Shown here one piece after another: positions 24,223-34,700 of a stretch of 64,000 nt of DNA. The position numbers and the translations under genes are program-made. The stretch is from Iphione sp. A-MEVVRFRX5 (lineage: Eukaryota), in assembly GCA_976226885.1 (NCBI GenBank), contig OZ320319.1, positions 22,630,001 through 22,694,000 on the forward strand, in the 5' to 3' direction. Positions within the stretch are counted from its first letter, which is position 1; each line of letters begins with the position of its first letter. The notes beneath the pieces are model-generated. The model ran no database searches, was not told the DNA's origin, and worked only from the letters and a program-made list of their open reading frames with translations.

Positions 24223-27200
24223 GTGCCGTGTTGGCCGAGCGGCCTGTCATCCATTTGTCCATTCATGGAGTCAATACTGACGCTCTGGTTGACACGGGGG
24301 CCGCCTGTTCCTTGGTAAGTGAAGACCATTTTCGTTTCATCTGTGGCCGAGTTCACCGGCAGCCAATACTTTCAGCTACACCTGCATTGTGTAGTGTATC
24401 GGGACATCACCTTCATGTGTTGGGAAAGGTGGTGCTGCCTGTAGGGGGTGGAAGGACATTTGAAGCAGTAGTTGTAAAAGGATTGCCCCATGATGTGATA
24501 GTAGGGGATGACTGTCTCCGGGATGGAGGAGCAGTCATTAACTACAATAGGCGGACTGTTACTCTGGGAGGTAAGGACTATCCCTTCCAGACGGCAAGAG
24601 GGATACCGGTTGCATGTGTTGGAGTGGGTACAAGGTGGGCTCACATATACCCTGAGGCGTTTGCTAACGAGACAGAGCCTCTGGGCTGCGTGAGTACTAC
24701 CTGTACCATCAACACAGGGAGACAAGGACCCCTCCACCAACGGGCATACCGAATGCCCTTGTCTAAGAGGAAGCTCGTTGAGGAAGAGCTCAACAAGATG
24801 CTTGCTGATGGGGTGATTAGGCCGTCTAGGTCACCGTGGGCATCTCCGATCACCCTAGTGCCGAAGAAAGATGGGGGAACAAGGTTTTGTGTAGACTATC
24901 GGCGCTTAAACGCAATTACCGTGAAAGACAGTCACCCTCTTCCACTTGTTCAAGACATTTTTGATCAGTTTGGTGGCAGCACGAAATTCACAACCTTAGA
25001 TCTTAAAAGTGGATATTGGCAAGTACCGATGAATGAGGACTCAATAGAGAAAACGGCATTTGTTACTCATAAGGGACTGTATGAATTTCTGGTTATACCA
25101 TTTGGACTGTGTAACGCCCCAGCGTTGTTTCAACGGTTGATGCAGGAAGTATTGCATGATTTGATTGGACAGTGTGTGATGGTACATCTAGATGATATAG
25201 TAATATACTCTAAGACTGATGAAGAACATGTGAGGAACACAAGAACGGTGTTGGAACGACTTGTTGAGGCCGGCGTGAGGTTGAAACCATCAAAATGTAC
25301 ATTTGATGCAGAGGAAGTGAAATTGTTGGGATACGTCGTGTCCAGGGATGGTATCCAGTCAGACCCTGATAAGGTGGCGGCTATCCGCAACTTGGATACG
25401 CCTGCCACAGTAAAGGAGGTGCGAAGTTTTTTGGGAATGGCTGGTTATTACAGACAGTGTGTAGAGAACTTTGCCGCCATTGCCGCACCTTTGACAGAGC
25501 TGACAAAGAAGAATGAGAGATCGGAGTGGACTGAGAGGCACCAACGAGCGTTTGAGCAGCTGAAGGCTCACAGGTAATGACTCACCCCAACCCCAGTAAA
25601 CCTTATAAACTCTATACCGATGCATGCGACTATGCAATAGGGGGCATATTGGTACAAGAGGTGGATGAGGTGGAGCGAGTTGTGCAGTATGTGTCGAAGA
25701 AACTCGAAGAGCGACAGAAGAAGTGGGCTGTGATTGAGAAGGAGGCCTGGGCTGTAATATACTGTTTGAAGAAGCTGCGCCCCTATCTGTATAGAGCACA
25801 GTTCACCATCTTAACTGATCATAAACCTCTCAAGTCTTTGTTTTTACAAGAGGTCGCAAATACTCGGATTCAGCGGTGGGCAGTGTTGCTCGAAGAGTAT
25901 GGAGCTCCCATTGAGTATAGGCAGGGATCCCGCAATATCAGAGCCGACATGCTCAGTCGGATAAGATCACCCGCTGAGGCCTGCCTTATTGATACCCCAG
26001 CTCGGTGGACTGTTCCGCAAGAGGAGGCAGAGGACGAGACACCTATTCCTTGGGATGCAGATGGGCTAGATATCGAGCAGCTAAGACGATGGACGAATAT
26101 GAGAAGGGCCGGGATGGGAAGGATGGTCAGTACATCCTACGGGGAGGTCTCCTCTATGATACCTCTGAAGAAAATGGGGCCACCCCCTACCCTCGGCTGG
26201 TCCTCCCTCCCTCTCATCGATGGAGAGTGATCCGTCGGGCACATACTGAAGTTGGGCACCAGGGGGTGAGTAGGACTCTATGGCGACTGAAGGAGGCTTA
26301 CAAGTGGCCAGGTATGAGACGGGACGTGAGGGCCACCTTAGCCCGATGCTCTCGCTGCTCTATGCATCGGGATACCCAACAGCACGCACGCCCTGGGGAA
26401 ATGCCCCTGGCAACATATCCAATGCAAATTCTGGGGATGGACTTGACCGGGCCTTTTGAGATGTCATCTGAGGGTAACCGGTATGTACTGACTGTTATTG
26501 ATCACTGCATGGGATGGGTGGAAGCCAAGCCTATTCCATCAAAAGAGGAGCGGAACGTCTTAAACTTCCTAGAGAGGGAGTTTATTCCACGGTATGGTAC
26601 ACCAGAAGTGATTATTACTGACCAAGGAGGTGAATTTAATGGTGAGGTTCTGAACAGTTACCTGAAGCAAATGGACATTGATCATAGGCGAACCACCCCT
26701 TACCATCCCCAAAGCAATGGACGAGTGGAGAGGTTCCATCGCACACTGAAGAAACTCATCAGGAAGTTAGTCAATGGTTGCAGTAGCTGGTGGGAGGACG
26801 AACTAGGGAACGCCCTCCTGGCCCACCGGATATCTACGTCAGTTGTAACAGGATACACACCGTTCTTCCTGATGTACGGGCGGCAACCAAGGGCACCGAT
26901 GACATCAATGTTGCGGCGCCTGGAGGGTCACGACCCCACTGTGGTGAGTGAGAGGTTGGACTCTTTGGTAAGAGCTCTGCAGGAGGCGGCCCGGCGCACT
27001 CAAGAGTCATGAGAGCTCAACCGGAAACGACTCCAGGCCCGTGCATCGAAACAGGAGGTGCAACCAGGGGACACAGTGGTCCTGAAGAATAACAGGGCAG
27101 CGCAATTTGATCCAAAATGGCACACCGAGTATGAAGTCATCCGTGTTTCAGGACCAGTAGTGCGTTGCCGACATCAGCGGACGGGTGCTATAAAAACGGT

Positions 27201-27624
27201 CCATCGGTCACAGATTCGGATTGTGCCAAGGGATCTGGTGTGGGACGTTCCCCCACCATTGCCACCCGTGAGACCAAGGCAAAGAGCTTATCTGCCCCAC
27301 GCAGTTAAGTCGAGGTACGAGGACGACCCTGATTGGACTCCACCCTTGCCTTTGCATTTGCCACGCCCATCCCACCCACCACGCATGAGCACCAAGCGGA
27401 AGGGGGAGCCAATCGAGCAAGAAGAGGCTCTCAAGCGACAGTGCACTGCGAGGGCCGAGCTAACTGAGGAGCTGATCGACACCGACCCTATTCCGCTGAG
27501 GAAGCGCGTGGGGGAGGACATTGGCAGCGGACAGGGAGCGACTTCCAGCAAAGGACCATGCATTTTGTGTGCTGGACTCTGCTCTTGCTTTGTGGTGCAG
27601 TCACAGCGACAGCATCACTACTAG
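24213..27624 (+). pseudogene. pol: pol (protease-RT-RNase H-integrase), disrupted
   Basis: LVDTGA (PR); VDYRRLN, LDLKSGYWQ, PFGLCNAP, HLDD (RT); LYTDACD, TDHKPL, ADMLSR (RH); H-x-H/C-x2-C, DLTGP, TDQG, YHPQSNGRVERF (IN). Frameshifts near 25570 and 26088; in-frame TGA at 27010-27012. Confidence 0.95.
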
Positions 27625-29537
27625 AGGAAGATGGCATCTTGGTCACTGAGATGGGGGCTGGACGTGAAGTGGTTGGAACATGGACTGTCCTAGTCACGAT
27701 CCGAGAGCCCCTGCCAACAGAAGTCAGGAAACTGACGGAGACAGTGCGAGCATACCTTGAACGTGCGCAGGGTATGGTGTCCAACCGGACATACAAGATG
27801 TGGACTGGGAGGATCAACCAGGTTGGGGACGCCTTGCCTGACGAGTCACCCAGTGATAGTAATCCTGACCGACGGAAGCGCGGTATCATCGACGGAGTTG
27901 GGCGGTTAAGTAATTGGTTATTTGGAACCGCCACTGAAGAAGAAATTCAGAATTTGCAGAACATTGTAGAACAGTTAAGGGGGGCTGAGGTTGAACTTGT
28001 GCATGCGCACAATGCATTGGTGACACTGGTTAATAAGACGATATGGACTCTCAACAGACAAGGACGGCAGTTGCAGATTGACGAAGACCACATACGAACA
28101 TTAGAAATAGCAGCACAAGGGTTAGACCGAGCTGTAGCATTAATGGGTAAGCAGTTGACAGAATTAGAGGTTGGACAGGAAGGAGATAGGGTGTTAAATG
28201 AACTGGAAACGATCTACAGAAGTTGGAAGAACAAACACGAACTATTCATTGACCAACGGCGCACACTTGATCGTGGATGGTTGACGGTTGATCTTCTCTC
28301 GGCTGAACAATTAACTGAGGTTTTAATGACACAAGAGGGGGAGCTAACATCACATTCCCTCCCACTCCATTGGTACTATCAAAATGTCATGGTTGAATTA
28401 TTGTGGTCGAAAAAGAATGAGTTTGTATGTAAGGCAGATATTCCAACGGTGAATGATGAAGAGTATATTCTGTATTCCATTTAGTCTGTACCAGTTTACA
28501 CGGGTGTTGATGATGTTTGGCAGAGGACAATTGGTGTTCCTGACAAGGTAGGTTGGAACACGCGGAGGGGAGGTATTATTGAAACATCAGAGTGTTATGG
28601 AGGTAGCCCTATAGTCTGCCCACCCACAGTCCATCACCGTCAGGAGCAATGTGTTACAGGGATCATCACGGGCCAGCAACAGCAACTTGAAACATGTAAG
28701 GTTGAATTGTTTTCTGATCCTCGCATCAGTGTTGCATACAAGTTAAGCCAAAATGTATATTTGTTTTCAGGAAGAAATGATTCTGATGTTTCTATACAAT
28801 GTCTTGGTCACCAGGAGAGACGGGAAGTAATAGGAAGGGCAAGAGTTTTCCAAATTAAACCAAGCTGTATAGCGCAGACTGAGTCTTGGCATATAGCTGG
28901 AGAACATATCCGTCAAGTGGCATTAGATAATGCCCAGGAGACCGAAGTATCACAAGTAATTGATTTCGGCTTTAATATTCGAAAATTGGACGATTTTAAA
29001 AAGGTAAAGGAGCTAGTTCGGCATCAGCCTATAACACTGGAGGCGGGTGATCAGAGGGCATTATGGGTTGAACCACCTGTTTTGGGAAAGAAAACTTTGG
29101 TTATGGGTTCATCCATTGGATCTGGCATATTTGTGGTTATTGTAGTAATCTTTGTTATTGTCTGCTGTTGCTGCCTGCGTCGAAAAGGGAGGAACTTCCT
29201 CACGATGGATTGCTGGACACAGGCTGAGGCAAAAGGTAAGGGAACACCAGGCCTGCGACTTGCTAACTTGGTCAAGTTGCAGGAATTGTCCGAAGCTAAG
29301 AGCACTCAGCCATTGCCAGCTGCTCAAAAGGTTGTCAGGGATATCACTCCGCGTCAGGAGTCTGTCTCGCCGGGGAGTGCTCGGTCCTCGCGGGGCTCCC
29401 CGCTGATAGACAGGAAAGTGGAAGCTGGCATGGCACCTGTGCAATCATCTTGTGGGGAATCTGTAGCTAGCATAACTAGTGGGTGCCTAGTAACTGATGA
29501 GACGCTTGGGGAAGCGCCTCGCAAGTACCCTTGGTAA
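27558..29537 (+). pseudogene. env: env, F-type class I fusion glycoprotein (baculovirus F/errantivirus-like), with one in-frame stop
   Basis: Signal peptide MHFVCWTLLLLCGAVTATA; furin site RRKR (27870-27881) followed by fusion peptide GIIDGVGRLSNWLFGTAT; heptad-repeat region; TM segment GIFVVIVVIFVIVCCCCL. TAG at 28482-28484, after which the same frame continues into the 28707-29537 ORF. Confidence 0.9.
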
Positions 29538-29589
29538 AGCAGACCTGTGTTTCCCTGATAGGGTATGGCAACTTACCTAATGGCATAGT

Positions 29590-29750
29590 GTCTGTATCTC
29601 CCCATGAAGAATAGGATACCGCCTATTCATTGACAAGGTAGACCTCGAAGTGTTCTTTGCATTACTTGGTACCTGTATTCCCCGCGAAGAATAGGATAGC
29701 GCCTATTCACTGGTCAACATTCCTGGAGTGTCTTGAGCATTGCTTGGTGG
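29590..29750 (+). repeat. 80-bp imperfect tandem duplication, each unit carrying a GAATAGG-N6-CCTATTC hairpin
   Basis: Hairpins at 29609-29628 and 29689-29708, exactly 80 bp apart. Confidence 0.85.
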
Positions 29751-30009
29751 ACCCTTTCGGATTGCGTAGTGTGGCGGTTGTGAGGTTATTCATTTACAAG
29801 TAGTGGTGTTCTCCTATTGTTGTTGGTACCTCACAGCCGTCCGCACCCTTAGTATTGTTAGGGTTGTTTACGGTTGTATTATTATCATAGCATTAGTGGT
29901 TATACAACTTCTATTCTTGCAGTTATATCATAGCCTATAGTAAGTCTATATAATCATAGTGGTAAGTCTGTATAATCATAGTAAGTTCTTAAGTAATAAT
30001 ATTATAACC

Positions 30010-30867
30010 ATGGGAGTAATTGACCTAGAAGGGGTTAGTCTTACGCGATTAGCACATCATAGTAAGTATTTCCAGGCCCTGTTGGAGTATGATGGTATTG
30101 ATGAAGAACATGTTTGTGAACTACCCCCAATTTTTGACAAAGAGGAGTATATGAAAATCTTAAAACTAATGGGTTCTGACGTTAGCGACCTCGAGGTGAC
30201 TGCTGGAGTGTGGGCCTGCATGTGGCATGGCCAGGCTAAAACATTCCTAGAATTTATCAATTTCTTTGCGTGTGACAACTTGTTCATGCATCTGTTGGAA
30301 TATGGGATAATTCACCAGCCGTGGCAGGCACATGACTTCCTGGGGGAGGTCTTTGAGCTGTACGGCACCGGTGATCCTCGTGGTTCCCTTGCTCTGAAGT
30401 TTCTATCAGAATATGCAAAGTATTGCCCCGAAATTTTGATCCAGAATATTAAAAATAAACAGGCCAGACGGACATTTTCTAAGGGAAAGATCCGTTCTGT
30501 TCTACGAAGTTTTGAACGGAGCGAACTCTACAGAAGCAGACAGCGAACCACAGCATGCTGTACCTGTAGGAAGCCTATTGTGTACGTGCAGAACTCCGGA
30601 TGGCACATTTGGCAGGCAAGCCGGATGCCATGCTGCGGTGCGGTAGTGCATGGGTACTGCTTTTGGGAACTAGTTGATGCCTGGGACTATTGTCCGAAAT
30701 GCGAAACCGTGTTCGAGGAGGACGGAACCCTGACTCCTCGGGTGGGCCTGAGTGTCTACCATGTCCTGTCCCAGGTATTGGACAGGAGGGAACGAGCGAG
30801 GGCCGAACGCCGTGAGGCCGAGGGCATACCACCGGAAGTTGTTATCCCACCGCCGCCTCGGGGGTGA
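30010..30867 (+). CDS. ORF4, accessory protein (285 aa): BTB/POZ-like N-terminus plus RING-type zinc finger
   Basis: Open frame with ACCATGG Kozak context. RLAHHSKYFQALLEY...ELPPIFDKEEYMKILKLM...FLEFINFFACDNL resembles the BTB pattern. C-x2-C-x21-C-C-x4-H-x2-C-x10-C-P-x-C at 30556-30702. Domain calls are by motif recognition only. Confidence 0.7.
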   Translation: MGVIDLEGVSLTRLAHHSKYFQALLEYDGIDEEHVCELPPIFDKEEYMKILKLMGSDVSDLEVTAGVWACMWHGQAKTFLEFINFFACDNLFMHLLEYGIIHQPWQAHDFLGEVFELYGTGDPRGSLALKFLSEYAKYCPEILIQNIKNKQARRTFSKGKIRSVLRSFERSELYRSRQRTTACCTCRKPIVYVQNSGWHIWQASRMPCCGAVVHGYCFWELVDAWDYCPKCETVFEEDGTLTPRVGLSVYHVLSQVLDRRERARAERREAEGIPPEVVIPPPPRG

Positions 30868-30898
30868 AGTAGATTTTGGAATCCCGATTCCAAATCTT

Positions 30899-30910
30899 AA
30901 GTGGGGGGGG
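30899..30910 (+). other. Polypurine tract
   Basis: AAGTGGGGGGGG, 2 nt before the 3' LTR. Confidence 0.85.
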
Positions 30911-30912
30911 TA

Positions 30913-31737
30913 TGTAAAGGACGAGGCCTGTAGTAGGGAGTTTGTGGTAGACTTCAGTATAGGATTTAAGGTAGGATTAAGAGCAGCCTCTGGCAGATAA
31001 TAGGTAGGGAAACTTTTAACAAGCAATGACATGTGGCTAGCTAGAGCTCTGCTGTGAATCAATATAGAATCAATATCATGTATGAGTCTCATTAACCAAG
31101 GATATCATTCAGTGGGGTTCTCATTAAATAGAATTAAGCAGGATAGACAGGGGGCATGGAGAGATCACCACTGGTTGGAGCTGATATATCGTATCAGGAA
31201 ATGATGAAACAAGGGCTGAGAAGGGTTTTACTTGGAGGTGAAGCATGGGTCATGAGCATTTAGCAGTATGGTATGATGTGGTAGTAGAACAACAGACCAT
31301 TCTGGTTCAATAAGGATATGCTGGCTCTAGTTAATAACTTGTATAATCCAGAACTGATTGATGTCAGCAAGGTTTGGTTAAGATCACGTTGTTGGAAAGT
31401 GCCTGTATGTAGCTGTATATGCAAATATGATGATTTGATGAAATAAAAGTAAGAGCAGACTGACACTGACAGCATTCACAGAGACAGAGACTGGCTGAGC
31501 AGACCCCCTGATACGACAAGACATGGAAAGACCAGGACTGAGGCTCATATTGCTATGACATAGGTGTTGAGTGAAATTATTGGTGGGACTTCCCACTAGT
31601 ATGTGATTAAGGAGAAGACAGGTAGGTCCTTCTACTTCATCTGTAGGTGTGGATTAGCAACCCACAGGTAGCCTCTGGTGATGGAGATGCATCCTGCCCC
31701 TGTGAGGAAACCTGGAGGAGGAACTGGTGTCCTTACA
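30913..31737 (+). repeat. 3' LTR (825 bp)
   Basis: Direct repeat of 22259-23083; AATAAA at 31442-31447; followed by the AAAT TSD. Confidence 0.97.
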
Positions 31738-34700
31738 AAATAACACTGCCAGTTGTTTGAATTCTGTCAGCACACTGTATACACCTAGTCTTTCTGTTTG
31801 CACAATATGCTGTAAATGTATACTGATTTTACCTTTCTTTAATCAGTGTGAAATCCAATCGGGCTCCCAGGTGATGTATTTGTCTGGCTAAACTGTGTGT
31901 GCTATGGCCAAAAACGTTCACAAACCATGGACTGTTACTACGTAACAGTCCTGGCTCAGAACAGCTGAAACAAACACGTTCCCCTTTGTGCTTCTGCATC
32001 TAACAAAAAAAAACACTTTTACTACTGGAGAAACGAGGACATGCAATAAACACTGTATTTCATACTCCCTAGTTTAAAAAAAATAAACAGGCAGATCATC
32101 CTGGCAATTAGGTCTCAGCATGTCCGCATGTTACGCAACCATTTAAATTCCCCTGTACTTTACAATCCACCCCTAAGAAAAAACAATTCCTCTTTGATGG
32201 TTTCGGTAAATCTTTGCCCATAATTAGCGCCGTGACATGCAGGCTTGCCGTTAGGGGCTCACGACTCCCTGCTTGCCCCGAGCGGTCATTCAGTCGTGAT
32301 TAAATACCATTACTTTGAAGGCAAGAGACAGGACAATCATTCTAGATGAATTACATGAGAAATTTCAATCAAACACGTTGGAAATGGTCCTGTTTTAACC
32401 GTTCCAGGCTGAGACGATGATAATTCTGCACATTTCACTGGTCCATATAATTAGTCTTCATTTAAGTGAAGGTGGTAATCTCAGTCATTATTTGAAATAA
32501 GGCTATATAATGATACTCACAAATAATATATATATATAAACAATTTTCATGTTGTTATATATCTACAGGCCAGCACTTGTAGACAATGTCTGCATCTCAA
32601 ATTGTTTTGTTTCGTGAAAGAAATAGGATATGATCTCAATTACTTGAACAATTTTATTCTAATCGGACGGGCAGTAATTTGATCCTGAGTTTACTTTGCT
32701 GGGTGTGATTTAATACTTTCCATTACAACTGGACGCTAGAAATAATTGTCTTAAAACTGAGTACCTGACAATATCTGAGTTTCAGAAAATACATATCCAG
32801 AGGGTTTAGAAACATGTCTGGTACAATATAGCGAAGCGATGACGACGAAATATTGTATTAGACCACTCTGCTTTTAATAATTTTCTAATTGTCTCAACTT
32901 TCTGTCTTTTTGTTCACGGGGAGATCTCGATGTATTCACAGAATACTATGAGAAGCGAATAAACCGATTGAAATCGACAAATAATCAGCAAAGGACTGAA
33001 CAATATAGTAATGTAAACAGACTGGAAAATATACGGAGCGTAAAACCATATTGAGGCAAAACTCCTGTGGCATCATCTGTCGAAGCCGTAAAGTTATTAT
33101 ATCGAATGTATCATTATGACCGTTTAAAGATTAAGATCTGATCTATAGTCTCCATTCGAGAACAGCTGCCCCTCTAAGTAGTACTTACAATCATCCAACA
33201 TACAAGATGCCTACCGCTATCTGCGACAGATTAAGGCTCACTATCGTGTACAGCAGCAGCTTTGAGGGCACTTCTACGTGCAATATCGTTATTTTTAGGC
33301 TTCAAACAAAGGGCAGGATTAAAATGGTATTAATCTGAAAACACACGACAGGCACTTTCAGGAAATCGGCGTTCCTCTGTCACTATCTGCAGCTCCTTCA
33401 AGCAAAATGTGTACTTTTACTATTTAGTTACGCAAAGGTTTCAAAGTCACACTGTAACGGGTCTTTTTACCACTCGTAGATGTGTAAATTGTATTAATGA
33501 ATGTTCCACATGTAACAATAATTTCATTAGATAGGAAAATTATCATAATTGATAATAGTCTACCAAATGAATATGATACCTTTGAATGACACCCTATCCT
33601 CAGGCTTCTTTCTAATAATCCTTAGTTTAATAATGTCGAGTAAAATATCCCTCTGCATACTGCGCCTAGCCGAGTAAGTATCCTGGCCAGTGGGGAAGAA
33701 AAAGGAAAGATTTATACCAAGATTTTGCAAACATCCGCTCTCTTTCATACATGTGGGCAGCTGAAATAGTTCCACGTCTTCCCACTGGGAGGCGCGCATG
33801 GTATTGCCCATGATTCACCTGCAGTCTCCGGAGAAATCGTGCTTGAAGACGGAAGAGAGGACGTTACCGTTGGCATGAATTTAAACAACTACTTGTTTGC
33901 CTAACACGTACCACAGGTGTGCAGCCAGGCAGTGATTCATCTTCCCGAACAAAGCCAACGCCCGACGTCGTCTTGTTAAACGTCTGTATCGAGTGTCAAG
34001 GGTCCATAGTTCAGGTTTGAGTATTATATGCAGCACGAGGATCGGACATCCTCCATTATGTGAGTCTTCACAGATCTTTTTTCTTTCATCATTTATATGA
34101 TGCATTGTACAGACATGACGTTATAAATGAGTACTTTCAACTTTGGTTTTATGGCTGAAAAAAAACCTTGGGACGTGACGGCCAGGGAGGTGAGGCAAGC
34201 ATGTAGGTATTGACCACAGATTTCCATGGGATAAGGGCCAACTTCCACACTTACGTTGTTCGGATTGCACCGCATTAGCGTGGCATCAGGGTTGCATCAC
34301 ACTAATCCAGTAAGTGGCTTTTCCTGCATACTCCCGCAATGATGGTTCCCTCTGCTTGAATTTGGCTAGCGTTGTGTGAGTGAATTTCCCACCCTTTCCC
34401 ATTTGTCAGAGGACAAAGTATGTATTGTAATTTTGGAACATGTGCAGTTTTCCCTTAAATAAAATAGACATGATCTAACGTATGTTCACACAGATTTTTC
34501 TGTGCTACAACGGTCATCTGCTCTTTGCTACTTAAGCGTTTGTATGTGTTTGCATGAAAATCATCAGCAGTGTCTGAAAAGGAACGATGCAAATGCAGTA
34601 CACAAATGTAACACAGGTATAAAGACGTCCTTATTGATCATCACCTGTTGGTTTAAAAAAGTAAGGCAAACACAGCAAAAATACAATGCATATAAAACAA

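Larger units (their letters stand above)
22259..31737 (+). mobile_element. Full-length env-bearing Ty3/Gypsy LTR retroelement (errantivirus-like provirus) with an extra fourth ORF
   Basis: Two 825-bp direct LTRs (TG...CA), AAAT TSD at 22255-22258 and 31738-31741, PBS, PPT, gag with CCHC knuckle, pol order PR-RT-RH-IN (Ty3/Gypsy order), env with signal peptide, furin site and TM segment. Confidence 0.97.

Noticed and set aside
23238-30832. Antisense and alternate-frame ORFs over gag, pol, env and ORF4
   Set aside because: Expected shadows of long coding frames; no independent motifs.
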